Below, piece by piece: positions 1-11,016 of a DNA stretch of 57,638 nt; position 1 is the stretch's first letter; each line of letters begins with the position of its first letter. This DNA is from Collinsella sp. (GTDB lineage Bacteria; Actinomycetota; Coriobacteriia; Coriobacteriales; Coriobacteriaceae): assembly GCA_048429085.1 (NCBI GenBank), contig DBFOPE010000211.1, positions 1-57,638 of the forward strand, given 5' to 3'. A model generated the notes under the pieces. It saw only the letters and a program-made list of their open reading frames with translations, was not told the DNA's origin and ran no database searches. The position numbers and the translations under genes are program-made.

Positions 1-789
1 TGGAGCAAATCCACAAGTTCGCACAGGTATGGGGCTGACGAGTCGGCCCTCGTCGTCCTCGCATGCTTGATTCTGACGCTCGACATCGTAGGAGCAGATG
101 GTCACGAGGTCTTGCATACCGGTGGAAACAATAGGTGCATCGACGCCCGGGGTCAAGCCCTGCAACAAAACATCAGCTGCGGAAAGCAAAATTTCCGGAC
201 GCATGGAGCCCTCGTTATCGGCATGGGTGTCGAGCATGAGCACCAGATGGTCCGGGCGCTCCCCTGCCGTAAGCTCGTAGCCCACCAGAGTGTGGTCAAG
301 ATCTAGGCGCTTGCTCTTCTTACCGCGTGCGTAGTCGATGCCGTGCCCCGCGCGCAGCGTGTCGATCGCAGCGCGCACCTCGTCGGCGCTCACGGGAGCC
401 TCGGGGTCCAGATGCAAGTCGATGCGGTACGACAGACGCGTAAGCTGAGCCGTCAGCGCCGGCGTGCGCACGTCGATGTAGGCGGCCTCGATAGGCGCCA
501 AATCGGCAGGGGACGCCGCGACCAGGCGCTCAAACGCCTCATCGAGTGCGACGAACTCGGTCATAAACAGGTCATACCACTCGCAGGACGACGACGTGCC
601 CACCGGCAGCGCCGACGAAAAGCCCACGCGCATATGCGGAGAGAAGCCCTGCGTCACGGCGTAGGGCAGCCCCGCGCGACGCACGATGCGCTCAATGGTA
701 TGAATCACTTCGAGATGGCCCAGGTACTTAAGACGGTCGCGCTTGCCATAGCGAACGCGAAGCCTAAAGAGCGTGGAGTTGTCGGTCAA
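1..789 (-). CDS. Radical SAM-linked protein (TIGR03936/DUF2344-like), 3' end runs off the window
   Basis: Own translation from TTG at 789: TDNSTLFRLRVRYGKRDRLKYLGHLEVIHTIERIVRRAGLPYAVTQGFSPHMRVGFSSALPVG; no stop before position 1; follows the radical SAM gene as is typical. Confidence 0.85.
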   Translation of the reverse strand, partial: MTDNSTLFRLRVRYGKRDRLKYLGHLEVIHTIERIVRRAGLPYAVTQGFSPHMRVGFSSALPVGTSSSCEWYDLFMTEFVALDEAFERLVAASPADLAPIEAAYIDVRTPALTAQLTRLSYRIDLHLDPEAPVSADEVRAAIDTLRAGHGIDYARGKKSKRLDLDHTLVGYELTAGERPDHLVLMLDTHADNEGSMRPEILLSAADVLLQGLTPGVDAPIVSTGMQDLVTICSYDVERQNQACEDDEGRLVSPIPVRTCGFAP

Positions 790-797
790 GCGCTCAC

Positions 798-2675
798 TCA
801 TGCGCGATCACCCACCAATACGTTCTTGGCATGGAGCGTGGGGCAGATTCCACAGCCGGTGCACGACGTGCGGGTGCAGTCGGGCGTCGTGACACCCTCC
901 AGCGAGCGGCGGTACTCGCGCTCGAGAAAGCCGCGCGAGCAGCCGGGGCTCACGTGCTCCCAGGGCAGGCGCCAGTCCAGTTCGTAGGGCAGGTGCACGA
1001 GCTCGTTGAGGTCGATGCCGTTTTTGGCCGCAGCCGACTTCCAGTTGTCGAGCGAAAAATGCTCCACCCAGGCGTCAAAACGCGAACCGGCACGCCAGGC
1101 ATCGATGATGACAGGCGTCATGTCACGGCCGGCGCGGGACAGCGCGGCCTCGACGAGCGAGGTCTCGGCATCGTGGTAGTGAACGCGGACCGCACGGTTA
1201 CGAACGCTCGTAATGAGCAGCTTTTGGCGACGCTTGACGTCATCGTAATCGAGCTGCGGGCACCATTGGAACGGCGTGGCGGCCTTGGGGATAAACACCG
1301 ACACCGAGATGGACACCGAGATGGAGCCGCGACGCGCCTTGGGAACCACGGAGCGGCCGAGCTCGAGCACATGGTCGGCCAGGTTGGCGATGGCCACGAT
1401 ATCCTCGTCGCGCTCGCCGGGAAGGCCCATCATAAAGTAGAGCTTCATGCGGTTCCAACCAGCCTCGAAGGCCGCCTTGGCCGCACGGTCCAAGTCCTCC
1501 TCGGTCACGTTCTTGTTGATGATGTCGCGCATGCGCTGACTGCCGGCTTCGGGGGCAAACGTCAGGCCGCCCTTCTTTTCGCCGGCGACCGACTCGGCCA
1601 TATCCACGCCAAACGAATCCAGGCGCTGCGAGGGAATGGACACGCGAATGCCCGTATCTTCCAGACGGCGGTTAAGGCGACCGAGCACATCGCGGATGCA
1701 GGAGTGATCGGTGGTCGAAAGCGAGGTAAGCGACACCTCGTCATAGCCGGTCTTTTCCAGGCCCTGGATCACCGAGGACACAATCTGGTCGGCCGAGCGC
1801 TCGCGCACCGGGCGATAGGTCATGCCGGCCTGGCAAAAACGGCAGCCGCGGGCACAACCGCGCAGAATCTCGATCGACAGGCGGTCGTGAACGAGCTGCG
1901 CGTAGGGCACGCACGACTGCGACAACGGATTGGTAGCGCCAAAGTCCTCAACGACGCGCTTGTAGACCACCGGTGGGACGTCCTTGCCTTCGCGCGGCAC
2001 GGTGTAGCCATGCGGCGAGCAGGGCTCGTCATGGCGCACCTCGTAGAGCGACGGCACATAGGTGCCACCGACCGTCGCGAGCTGCTCGACAATCTGAGCG
2101 CGCGAGACGCCCTCGTCGCGCAAGCGGCGATGCAGCTGGCAAACCTCGAGCAGCGACTCCTCGCCCTCGCCAATGAGGATGGCATCGAAGAAGGCTGCAT
2201 ACGGCTCGGGGTTATAGACCGAGGGACCACCGGCAATGATGATGGGGTCGTCCTCGGTGCGGTCGGCCGCCAGCAGCGGAATGCCGGCTAGATCGAGGGC
2301 CTCGAGAAAGTTTGTCACGGCCATCTCATGCGGCACGTGCATGCCGACGATATCGAACGAGGCCACGGGTGCTGCGCCCTCGAGCGACAGCAGCGGGATA
2401 CCAGCCTCGCGCATGGCATCGCCCATATCGGGCCACGGCACATAGCCGCGCTCGCAGGAAATGCCCTCGGCCTGATTGAGGATGTTGTACAGGATGGCAA
2501 TACCCTGGTTGGGCAGGCCAACCTCGTACACATCCGGGTAAATCATGCAGCAACGATAGTCGGCATCGGCCTTGGAGAGCGTGCCCCACTCATGGTCGAT
2601 ATAGCGACTCGGCTTCTCGACCTTTGCGAGCAGGGGCTCAATCAAATGAAAACAGTCTTGGTACACAGCGCGCAA
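798..2675 (-). CDS. B12-binding radical SAM protein (TIGR03960-like)
   Basis: CxxxCxxC motif RGCARGCRFCQAG; YPDVYEVG N-terminus; TFAPEAGSQR; C-terminal CTGCGIC. Confidence 0.9.
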   Translation of the reverse strand: MRAVYQDCFHLIEPLLAKVEKPSRYIDHEWGTLSKADADYRCCMIYPDVYEVGLPNQGIAILYNILNQAEGISCERGYVPWPDMGDAMREAGIPLLSLEGAAPVASFDIVGMHVPHEMAVTNFLEALDLAGIPLLAADRTEDDPIIIAGGPSVYNPEPYAAFFDAILIGEGEESLLEVCQLHRRLRDEGVSRAQIVEQLATVGGTYVPSLYEVRHDEPCSPHGYTVPREGKDVPPVVYKRVVEDFGATNPLSQSCVPYAQLVHDRLSIEILRGCARGCRFCQAGMTYRPVRERSADQIVSSVIQGLEKTGYDEVSLTSLSTTDHSCIRDVLGRLNRRLEDTGIRVSIPSQRLDSFGVDMAESVAGEKKGGLTFAPEAGSQRMRDIINKNVTEEDLDRAAKAAFEAGWNRMKLYFMMGLPGERDEDIVAIANLADHVLELGRSVVPKARRGSISVSISVSVFIPKAATPFQWCPQLDYDDVKRRQKLLITSVRNRAVRVHYHDAETSLVEAALSRAGRDMTPVIIDAWRAGSRFDAWVEHFSLDNWKSAAAKNGIDLNELVHLPYELDWRLPWEHVSPGCSRGFLEREYRRSLEGVTTPDCTRTSCTGCGICPTLHAKNVLVGDRA

Positions 2676-2684
2676 AAGAAACCC

Positions 2685-3614
2685 CTAAGCAGCGAGATCG
2701 GATGCGTCCTCAAAGGGACCCATGGGACGAGTAGCGCCGGCAACCGTGGTCACCAGGTCGCGAACGCGCGAGAACGTGGCGGCAGCCACCTCGTTGGCAC
2801 GGCTGTAATCGATGTCGCGCTCATACAGCGAAACGAGCGCACGGCCCATACCATAGGTGCCCGCGGCGGCGGTCAGCGCCTTGACGACAAACCCGATATG
2901 CGGCGTCTGCTTTACCAGGGCGCGGGTGACGGCGCGGAGCACCAAGCCGCCGGCAAGCACGCCCGCGACCTCGTAGCCGCGCTCGGGCTTAATACCGCGT
3001 CCAAAGATGGCCGCGAGCTCAAAGAGCATGCCCACCTGCGCCAGCGCCATAACGGGATAATCGGCCCCCGGCAAAAACACCAGCGCACCCGTCGCCATAT
3101 TGGTAAGCGCGCACGAGGTGATGATGCGGTTGGCGGCGGCGATACGCATAAAGGCAAAGTTCGCCGCAAAGGCTGTCTCCTTGTCCGTGCGGTCGAGAAT
3201 CCAGCGAGCGAGCGTCTCGAGCAGATACGTCTTATCGGTAGCCGCCACCGCGCCGAGCATGGGCGTGGACTCCTGGATAAAAGGCACCTCGACAGCGGAC
3301 TCGGCCAGCACGCACACGGGGGCGCCGGCAATCACGAGTTCCTGCACGGCGCTCTCAAGGCGGTCAGACCCGCACGAAAGCACCAGCACCACATCGGTAT
3401 CGGTCTTGGGGACGATACGGTCCTCACCCAGGCGCTCAACGCGCACAATGCCCGACGTCGTCTGCGGCACGAAGGCATCGCGCACCGTCTCGACCAAAAA
3501 ACGCGAGGCAGACGAATCGAGGTAGACGGACACGCGAACCGGCGTGTCGGAATCCTTCTTGGTGGTCGCGCCCATCTTAAAGACGCGGGTCAGCTTGTCC
3601 ACGGGAATCTTCAT
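2685..3614 (-). CDS. Hypothetical protein with DUF697-like hydrophobic C-terminal region
   Basis: 309-aa ORF in operon orientation; ATGALVFLPGADYPVMALAQVGM motif. Confidence 0.6.
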   Translation of the reverse strand: MKIPVDKLTRVFKMGATTKKDSDTPVRVSVYLDSSASRFLVETVRDAFVPQTTSGIVRVERLGEDRIVPKTDTDVVLVLSCGSDRLESAVQELVIAGAPVCVLAESAVEVPFIQESTPMLGAVAATDKTYLLETLARWILDRTDKETAFAANFAFMRIAAANRIITSCALTNMATGALVFLPGADYPVMALAQVGMLFELAAIFGRGIKPERGYEVAGVLAGGLVLRAVTRALVKQTPHIGFVVKALTAAAGTYGMGRALVSLYERDIDYSRANEVAAATFSRVRDLVTTVAGATRPMGPFEDASDLAA

Positions 3615-3632
3615 AGCAAACCCCTCCAGCGG

Positions 3633-4859
3633 TTACGCGGCGCCCGAACGATGCCGCCATATGGATTGTACGATACCCACCGTCAGCAACTGAATCATCA
3701 TCGAGGACGAACCAAAACTAATAAATGGCAGCGGAATACCGGTAATCGGCATCATGCCAATGCACATGCCGATGTTCTCGAAGGTCTGGAACGCCCACAT
3801 GCCGACGATGCCCACGCACGATAGGCGCAAGAACAGCGACTCGCACTTAAAGGCAACGCGGATCGTCGAGAAAATCAGCAGCACGTAGAGGCACAGGAGC
3901 AAAAAGGAGCCGCAGAAGCCGAACGTCTCGGACAGGAAGGCGAAGACGAAGTCGGTGTGGAACTCGGGCAGAAAGCCACCGGCAGACTGCGTCGCATGGC
4001 CCAGCCCTTTACCGAAAAAGCCACCCGAGCCGACGGCAATGAGCGACTGCTGCAGGTTGTAGGCATCGTCCGAATCGGCATTATCGGGGTCGATAAAGAC
4101 GGTCAGTCGGTTCATCTGGTACTGCTTGATCAAAACGTCATGGCCCAAAAGAGAATCGAGCACAGAATCGAGCGCCAGGATGAGCGCCACCAAACCCACG
4201 AGCAGAGCCAAGGTCGACAGCACCCATTCGCGGCGCGCACCGCTCATGCAGATCACAACGGCACCCGACACCAACACGACCAGGCCCGAACCCAGGTCGC
4301 CCATGGCGACGACGGCCAAAAACGGAACGGAAAGCATGCCGCAGAGCTTAATGTAGTCGCGGGCGGTATCGATGCGGCCGTTGTACTGCGAACCAAGCGT
4401 GGCGATAAAGAAGATCGTGATGAGCTTGGCGAGCTCGACCGGCTGAAAGGTAAGACCGATACCGGGAATCTTGATCCAGCCCGTCATGCCCAGACCGCCC
4501 GTATAGGACAGACCCGGAATCTTGGGCGAGAAAATCACAATGAGGTCGATGACGAGCAGCGCCGTCGAGAAGTTAGAGATGCCGCGCAGATCGGTACGCC
4601 AGACGAGCACCGCAAGCACCGTACCGATGCCGATGCCCAACAGGTGACGCGAGAATGAGGCGTCGGCCTTAAACTGCGAGGCCGACCAAATGATGATGGC
4701 GCCATAGGCTACGAGCGCCAAGGTTGCCAGCAGCACGCCGACGTGCACCTTCTGGCGAAACGTGCCGCGCGAGGCCGAAAGCTGCTTGTTGACACGGTCC
4801 AGGCTGCTGCGGGAACCGGTTTTAGTTGAGCGGAACAGGTCCGCCGGCGAAAAATCCAT
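3633..4859 (-). CDS. rodA: SEDS-family rod shape protein RodA
   Basis: Multi-TM protein with FQPVELAK, IAVGSGG, LPEFHTDF and GIPLPFISFGSSS motifs; adjacent to PBP2. Confidence 0.9.
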   Translation of the reverse strand: MDFSPADLFRSTKTGSRSSLDRVNKQLSASRGTFRQKVHVGVLLATLALVAYGAIIIWSASQFKADASFSRHLLGIGIGTVLAVLVWRTDLRGISNFSTALLVIDLIVIFSPKIPGLSYTGGLGMTGWIKIPGIGLTFQPVELAKLITIFFIATLGSQYNGRIDTARDYIKLCGMLSVPFLAVVAMGDLGSGLVVLVSGAVVICMSGARREWVLSTLALLVGLVALILALDSVLDSLLGHDVLIKQYQMNRLTVFIDPDNADSDDAYNLQQSLIAVGSGGFFGKGLGHATQSAGGFLPEFHTDFVFAFLSETFGFCGSFLLLCLYVLLIFSTIRVAFKCESLFLRLSCVGIVGMWAFQTFENIGMCIGMMPITGIPLPFISFGSSSMMIQLLTVGIVQSIWRHRSGAA

Positions 4860-4868
4860 CGCAACCTC

Positions 4869-6938
4869 CTATCGAACCGAGGAATCGCCCGTGGCAGAAG
4901 ATGTGTCAGGCTCATCATAGATGGCGCCGAGCACATCGCGCACGACGTGCAGCGCGGTATCGGAGCCACCACCGCCCTGTTCCAAGACAGTGACAATCAC
5001 GTACTTGGGCTCATCGGCCGGCGCGTAGGCGCAAAACCACGCGTAATCGTCCTCGCCGCTCTTCTCGCCCGTGCCGGACTTGCCGTAGACCGTGGGGGTC
5101 AAGGAGTTAAAGTGCGCGGCAGTCGAAGTCGACGCCGAGTAAATCACATCGTGCATGCCGTTACGGACCAGCGCCAGGTCGGCATCGCTATTGATATGGG
5201 CCTCCAGGCGCTTCTTTTTGCCCTTGCCGTTGTACTTGTAGGCATCGCCGTCGCCATCACGCGACACCGCCGACAAGAAGACGTGGGGCACGTACTGTTT
5301 GCCGCCGTTGGCGAGGCCCATGTAGGCACACGCCATCTGCAGCGGCGTCACCAAAATGTCGCCCTGGCCGATAGCGATGTTAGTCATATCGCCGGCATTC
5401 CACTTGCGGTCCTCGGCCGAGGCGTCGGTAAAGTACGACTCTTTCCACTTGGCGTCAGGAATGCGGCCCGTTCCCTCGCTTGGCAGATCGATGCCGCAGG
5501 TCTTGCCCAGGCCCCAACGGCGAAAGACCTCCTGCAGGCCCTCGGGATGCTGGTCGTTGTAGAAAAACGCCTTGCCCATATCGTAGAACACGGGATCGCA
5601 CGAGTTGGCGATACCGGACTGCAGCGTCATAGTGCCGTGACCGGAATGCAGCCAGCAGTACTTACCCCATGACTTGCCCAGGCCCGTCCAATAGCCCGTG
5701 CAGTTCGTGGTCTGGCCTGAGGTATAGGTTCCAAACTCAAGACCGGCCAGAGCCGAGAGCGGTTTGATGGTCGAAGCCGACATATACTGGCCGCTAATGG
5801 CGCGGTTGAGCAGCGGATGCGAACCCTTGTCGTCGTTGAGCTCGGTCCACACGTCGTTGGAAACGCCGCCGATGAACACCGACGGATCAAACTTGGGCTC
5901 GCTCGCCATACCCAGAATCTCACCATTGTTGGGATCGAGGCACACCACGGCGCCGTTGCCGGCATCGCTATGACCCGTGGTCTTGGCAAGCTCAATGGCA
6001 TTCGCCAGAGCCGTCTCGCAGGCCTGTTGAATCTTAAGATCCAGCGTAAGCTTAATGTCAGAACCGGCCTTGGCGGGAACGGCGCCGGCTTGACCGGTCA
6101 CGTTACCCGAGGCGTCAACTTTCACGGTCTGCTCACCACGAATGCCCTGCAGCAGATTTTCGTAGTAAATCTCTACGCCCGCCTGGCCCACAATATCGCC
6201 CGATTGATACGAGATCTGGCCAGCCGCGCTATCGCTGCCGTCCGACGACTTCTTGTTCTGCGCCTCGAGCTGCTCGGAGGTAATGGTGCCGGTATAGCCC
6301 AAGATATGGCAGGCGGTCTCGCCATACGGGTATTGGCGCTCGGTGCGCTCGGCGATCTTCACACCGGGAAACTCACCGGCGTGCTCCTGGATGTAGGCGA
6401 CAGTAGAGCGGCGCACGTCAGTCGCGATCGTATGCAGGCTCTGCGCGCCTTCGGAATTGTCCTGGATATTGCGTAGCACCGCGATATACGGCATGCCGAG
6501 CACGTTGGCAAGATGACGCACCAGTACCTTGTCATCGGCAAGGTCACGATAGGCGACGACGGCGAGCGAAGGGCGATTTTGCACCAGCGCGACGCCGTTG
6601 CGGTCCAAGATGCGGCCACGCACGGCAGGCGTGGTAACGGTACGGGTCTGATTGCTCTTGGCCTGCTTGTCGTAGTAGTCCGACGAGACCATCTGCATGC
6701 CCCACAGCTTAACGGCAAGCGCGGCAAACATCGCACCCACGCCCGCGGTGAGGATGGAAAAGCGGCCCTTAAAGGCCGTAGCGGCCGTATTGCCCTCGCC
6801 CTCGGTGGCGCGCGGGGCCGTTCCGTGCTGCGTGTCGTAGGTAAAGCGGGAGTCGCCGCGGCGCATGATGACCAGCGCGACCACAATGGCCACGACCAGC
6901 ACGATACCGGCGACAACAACCGTCAACTGGGAAGACAT
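4869..6938 (-). CDS. mrdA: Penicillin-binding protein 2
   Basis: RGRILDRNG, SxxK (STIK), SCD and KSGT motifs; mre cluster context. Confidence 0.92.
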   Translation of the reverse strand: MSSQLTVVVAGIVLVVAIVVALVIMRRGDSRFTYDTQHGTAPRATEGEGNTAATAFKGRFSILTAGVGAMFAALAVKLWGMQMVSSDYYDKQAKSNQTRTVTTPAVRGRILDRNGVALVQNRPSLAVVAYRDLADDKVLVRHLANVLGMPYIAVLRNIQDNSEGAQSLHTIATDVRRSTVAYIQEHAGEFPGVKIAERTERQYPYGETACHILGYTGTITSEQLEAQNKKSSDGSDSAAGQISYQSGDIVGQAGVEIYYENLLQGIRGEQTVKVDASGNVTGQAGAVPAKAGSDIKLTLDLKIQQACETALANAIELAKTTGHSDAGNGAVVCLDPNNGEILGMASEPKFDPSVFIGGVSNDVWTELNDDKGSHPLLNRAISGQYMSASTIKPLSALAGLEFGTYTSGQTTNCTGYWTGLGKSWGKYCWLHSGHGTMTLQSGIANSCDPVFYDMGKAFFYNDQHPEGLQEVFRRWGLGKTCGIDLPSEGTGRIPDAKWKESYFTDASAEDRKWNAGDMTNIAIGQGDILVTPLQMACAYMGLANGGKQYVPHVFLSAVSRDGDGDAYKYNGKGKKKRLEAHINSDADLALVRNGMHDVIYSASTSTAAHFNSLTPTVYGKSGTGEKSGEDDYAWFCAYAPADEPKYVIVTVLEQGGGGSDTALHVVRDVLGAIYDEPDTSSATGDSSVR

Positions 6939-6951
6939 CTACAGGCCTCCC

Positions 6952-7524
6952 CTATTTGAGCTTACGGGTCTTGGGCTTAAAGCGCATACCCGACTGACGC
7001 CCACCGCGCGCGGAGAACCCATAGCCAGACTGCGGCGCGACGCCGGACATCAAAAACGGAACGGCGACCAGACCGGTCAGAATCGAGGACGGCAGGGCGT
7101 GTCCAAAGATCGCCACGACAAAACTCGATTCCAGTCCCATAAACAGCAAGATAATGCTGTAGATCACGTTAATGGCAAGCGCAAAGGCGCCCACCGTGAT
7201 GCCGCGAGCGCTCGGGGTGCCGCCCGTCTGACCGGCGGCACTGTGTGTCAGGGCAAAGCTGCCCACTGTCAGCAACAGCGACATCACGCCCACCGGCACG
7301 GCTGCCGACAGGTCGTAGAACAGGCCGCTGCAAAAACCGCAGATGACGGCCCGCGTGGGATCGCCCGAAAACACACTCAGGCACACCAGGATAATCATAA
7401 AGTTGACGCGACCGCCCGCGATGGAGATCTGCGGCGCCAAGCCCGCCTGCAGCAGGACGCAGACAATGGCGGCAATCGCAAAAGTGCGGGAGCCAGTCCC
7501 CTGTTCGTGTAGATCCATGGACAT
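6952..7524 (-). CDS. mreD: Rod shape-determining protein MreD
   Basis: Hydrophobic multi-TM protein with GFCSGLFYDL, between mreC and mrdA. Confidence 0.8.
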   Translation of the reverse strand: MSMDLHEQGTGSRTFAIAAIVCVLLQAGLAPQISIAGGRVNFMIILVCLSVFSGDPTRAVICGFCSGLFYDLSAAVPVGVMSLLLTVGSFALTHSAAGQTGGTPSARGITVGAFALAINVIYSIILLFMGLESSFVVAIFGHALPSSILTGLVAVPFLMSGVAPQSGYGFSARGGRQSGMRFKPKTRKLK

Positions 7525-7530
7525 GCCTCC

Positions 7531-8529
7531 CTATTCGCTCGAGCCCGAGTCAGTCGTGTCGAACGCATCGGAGCTTTCATCCGAGCTTTCGTCTTTGGAC
7601 TTGGTGGCCGCATCGCGCGAGGTGCCCTGCGGCGTACTGTTGGCGCTGCTCACATCCTCGTCCGAAGCCGACTGCTCATCGGTCAGCGACGTAATGACCA
7701 GCACTTCCTCGTTGTTTTCGGCCGTTGTCTGGGCGCGCACGACGATGGTGTAGTACACATCGTTGGCAGACTTCTCCACCGACGAGACCGTACCGAGCGG
7801 CAGGCCCTTGGGGAATACGCCGCCGATGCCCGAGGTCACGATGATGTCGCCCACCTTCACGTCGGAATCGACACTCACGTGCTCCAGGCGCAGGGTACCG
7901 TCGGGCTGCCCCTGCAGCATACCCTGAGCGCGCGTATCCTGCACCATGGCGGACACGCCCGAGTTCTCATCACTAATCAGGCGGACGGTGGAGGTCTTGG
8001 CCGAAACCTCGATAATCTGACCGATGACACCGGCAGAACTCGTCACGGGCATGTTGATGGTAAGACCGTCGGCAGAGCCTTTGTCGATGGTAACGGTCGA
8101 GGTCCAGGCATCGCCCGACGCGCCGACAATGCGAGCCGCGGTGGACTTGAGGTTGTAGGTCGACTGAAGACCGACCAGGCTCTCGAGTCGCTCGGCGGTC
8201 TTTTGAGCCTCCGAGAGCTCGGCAACCTTTGACGTCAGGACCTCGTTTTGCTTCTTAAGCTCGTCGAGGGTGTCTTGCGAAGCCGTAAGGTTTGAGAACA
8301 CGTTTCCGATTGCGTTAAAGGGCGCGGCCACAGCCGAGCCCACAAAACGCACCGGCGAGGTAATCGTCGTCACGCCAGAACGCACGGCATGAATCGGTCC
8401 CGCCTCGCCCTCGCGAATGTAAAACGTAAGCAGCAGCACCGAAATTACGCTGAAAACAATCAACGGGCGCATACCCGTTGATTGTCGCTTGGTATTCAGA
8501 TTTGAAGAGAAACCCGAAGATCGTGCCAA
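7531..8529 (-). CDS. mreC: Rod shape-determining protein MreC
   Basis: N-terminal TM plus coiled coil; IDKGSADG, VTSGIGGVFPKGLPLG. Confidence 0.92.
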   Translation of the reverse strand: MARSSGFSSNLNTKRQSTGMRPLIVFSVISVLLLTFYIREGEAGPIHAVRSGVTTITSPVRFVGSAVAAPFNAIGNVFSNLTASQDTLDELKKQNEVLTSKVAELSEAQKTAERLESLVGLQSTYNLKSTAARIVGASGDAWTSTVTIDKGSADGLTINMPVTSSAGVIGQIIEVSAKTSTVRLISDENSGVSAMVQDTRAQGMLQGQPDGTLRLEHVSVDSDVKVGDIIVTSGIGGVFPKGLPLGTVSSVEKSANDVYYTIVVRAQTTAENNEEVLVITSLTDEQSASDEDVSSANSTPQGTSRDAATKSKDESSDESSDAFDTTDSGSSE

Positions 8530-8550
8530 ATGGAATCCACCTTTTGGAAA

Positions 8551-9594
8551 TTAAGCATTGGTCTGGACGAAGCCACCGTCAAACGCGTTGGCCTCGAGCA
8601 CGCGGGCGCAGCCGTTGACGACGTTGTCGAGCGCCGTAGGGCTGACGTTGACCGAAACGCCGGTCTCGTCGCGCAGACGCACGTCGAGGCCGCGCAGCAG
8701 CGCACCGCCGCCGGTCAACAGGATGCCGTAGTACATAAGATCCGAGGCAAGATCGGGCGGCGTGGCGTCGAGGGCGTCCTTGACGGCCTTGGCCATCTCG
8801 TCGAGCGGCTTATTGAGCGCGCGACGAATCTCCTCGCTCTCGATGCGCACGGTCTTGGGCAGGCCCGTGATCACGTCGCGGCCGTTGACCTCGACGTCGA
8901 GCTCATCCTTGAGCGGCACGGCAGAACCGACCTTGATCTTGATGTCCTCGGCCGTGCGCTCGCCGATAGCCAGGTTATAGGCATCGCGAACATGGGTAAG
9001 GATAGCCTGGTCGAACTCGTCACCGGCAATGCGGATGGACTGCGATACAACGATACCGCCCATGGCGATAACGGCGACCTCGGTGGTACCGCCACCGATA
9101 TCGATGACCATGGAGCCGGTGGGCTCCTCGACAGGCAAGTCGGCGCCGATGGCAGCAGCCATGGGCTCTTCGATCAGGTATGCCTGGCGGGCACCGGCCT
9201 GGATCGTAGCCTCAAAAACAGCGCGCTTCTCGACCGACGTGACGCCGGAGGGGACGCAGACGACAACGCGCGGACGCGGGGTCCACGGATAGCGCTTTTC
9301 GGACGCCTTGTCGATAAAATAGCGAAGCATGGCCTCGGTCACGTCAAAGTCGGCGATAACGCCGTCCTTAAGGGGACGAACGGCCACAATGTTACCGGGC
9401 GTACGGCCGAGCATGCGCTTTGCCTCGATACCGACAGCCAGGATGCGCTCATCGTTCTTGTCGATAGCGACAACGGAGGGCTCACGAATGACGATGCCCT
9501 TGCCGCGCACGGAGACAAGCGTGTTGGCGGTGCCGAGGTCGATGGCAAGATCGCCCGCATAGCTACCGAAGAACATATCCATCAAAGAAAACAA
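8551..9594 (-). CDS. mreB: Actin-like rod shape protein MreB
   Basis: IDLGTANT, EEPMAAAIGA, DIGGGTTE, LTGGGALL. Confidence 0.97.
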   Translation of the reverse strand: MFSLMDMFFGSYAGDLAIDLGTANTLVSVRGKGIVIREPSVVAIDKNDERILAVGIEAKRMLGRTPGNIVAVRPLKDGVIADFDVTEAMLRYFIDKASEKRYPWTPRPRVVVCVPSGVTSVEKRAVFEATIQAGARQAYLIEEPMAAAIGADLPVEEPTGSMVIDIGGGTTEVAVIAMGGIVVSQSIRIAGDEFDQAILTHVRDAYNLAIGERTAEDIKIKVGSAVPLKDELDVEVNGRDVITGLPKTVRIESEEIRRALNKPLDEMAKAVKDALDATPPDLASDLMYYGILLTGGGALLRGLDVRLRDETGVSVNVSPTALDNVVNGCARVLEANAFDGGFVQTNA

Positions 9595-9709
9595 CGCAAC
9601 TCCTGATGTGTTGGATGATTGCTGGAAAACTACTAGCCCATCATACTAGCGCAAGCCCGGCACCTCACTTGCGGTGAAGCACCGGGCAGCGCCAAATCTC
9701 ATAAGGTCA

Positions 9710-11005
9710 CTACTGGTTGTCAGCGGCGGAGAGATCGATGTCGAGCGAGGAGACGGCCCAACCGATATGGTTGTCGGAGCGCACGAACTTGACGGTGTAC
9801 TCCTGCTCGCCGCCCTTGGACAGCGACGCCTTGACCTTGGCGGTGGTCTCGGTCATAGACTGATCCATGCCCTCGATGGAGACGGTGGCGCCCTGCGGAA
9901 TCGAGGAAACGATCATCGCCTTGGCGTCCTCGGACAGGCTGGAGGCCAGACAGGACTCGGCCTTGGCGGTATCGCCGTCACCGGCGGCCTGGAACAGGTC
10001 GGTGACAACAGACTCCTGCGAGGGGAAGCCCAGGCCGCGCGTGTAGGCAAAGCCAAGACCGCCCGCGGCAAGGACAATCAGCAGAAGCAGCACCAAGAAG
10101 ACCTTGAGACCCGTGTGGCGATGGCGACGACGGACCTTGGCCTCCTTGCGGTCCTGCTGAACCATCTCTGACTCGGACAGAGTAAAGAAGCCGGTGTCCG
10201 AGGGGTCGGGCATAAACTGGCCGGTAGCACCCGTGGGGTCGAGCGGGTCGACGGCCGGAGCGTCCATCGCGGGCGCCGGAGCCGTGGCCATGGCCGTCTG
10301 GGCCGAAAGCGCAGCGAGGGAATCTTGCACGCGGGCAAGCTCATCGGCCTGCTCGGGCGTAAGCTGGTAGATGCCATCGGCGGTGGCGGCGTTAAAGGCA
10401 TCGAGCGCGTCAGAGGGGCGACCGGCGGCAGAGAGCGCCTCGCCCATACCGGCGTTAAGCGCACGCGTGTCGTCGCGCGGACCGGCAAAGTCGATGGCCG
10501 TGCGGTAGGTCTCCACGGCGTCTGCCGGACGGCCGAGCTTAATGAAGCAGCGGCCAAGATCGCCAAGGGCGGCGGCAGGAGCCGGGTTGGCACCATCGAT
10601 GGCGGCCTGACGGAAGGCGGTACCGGCGTTGGCATAATCGCCCGACTGGAACAGGGCGTTGCCCAGGCCCAGATACGCCTTAAACGGCGTGGCATAGGAT
10701 GCATCCTGAGTTGCGGCGGAGAACGCCTGGGCTGCGGTCGCATAGTCACCCACGGCAGCAAGCGCCTTGCCGCGGTTGGTGAGCAGCGCGCCGCGCTTGC
10801 CATAGGTACCGTCGTTGAGGGCGGCGGCGTAGGCCTCGGCGGCCTCGGCATACATACCCAGGTGCATCAAGGCGTTGCCGCGCAGATGGTCGGCCTCGCC
10901 CATAATCTCGCTGGGGGTCTTTGCCGCACCGAGCATCTGGGCGGCAGCGGAATAATCACCCGCGCGATAAGCGGCGCGGCCCTGTTGGATCAGCTGGCTA
11001 TTCAA
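9710..11005 (-). CDS. Tetratricopeptide-repeat membrane protein
   Basis: Ala-rich TPR-like helices (LRGNALMHLG, YLGLGNALFQSG), one TM segment near the C-terminus. Confidence 0.75.
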   Translation of the reverse strand: MNSQLIQQGRAAYRAGDYSAAAQMLGAAKTPSEIMGEADHLRGNALMHLGMYAEAAEAYAAALNDGTYGKRGALLTNRGKALAAVGDYATAAQAFSAATQDASYATPFKAYLGLGNALFQSGDYANAGTAFRQAAIDGANPAPAAALGDLGRCFIKLGRPADAVETYRTAIDFAGPRDDTRALNAGMGEALSAAGRPSDALDAFNAATADGIYQLTPEQADELARVQDSLAALSAQTAMATAPAPAMDAPAVDPLDPTGATGQFMPDPSDTGFFTLSESEMVQQDRKEAKVRRRHRHTGLKVFLVLLLLIVLAAGGLGFAYTRGLGFPSQESVVTDLFQAAGDGDTAKAESCLASSLSEDAKAMIVSSIPQGATVSIEGMDQSMTETTAKVKASLSKGGEQEYTVKFVRSDNHIGWAVSSLDIDLSAADNQ

Positions 11006-11016
11006 GGAAGTCCCCT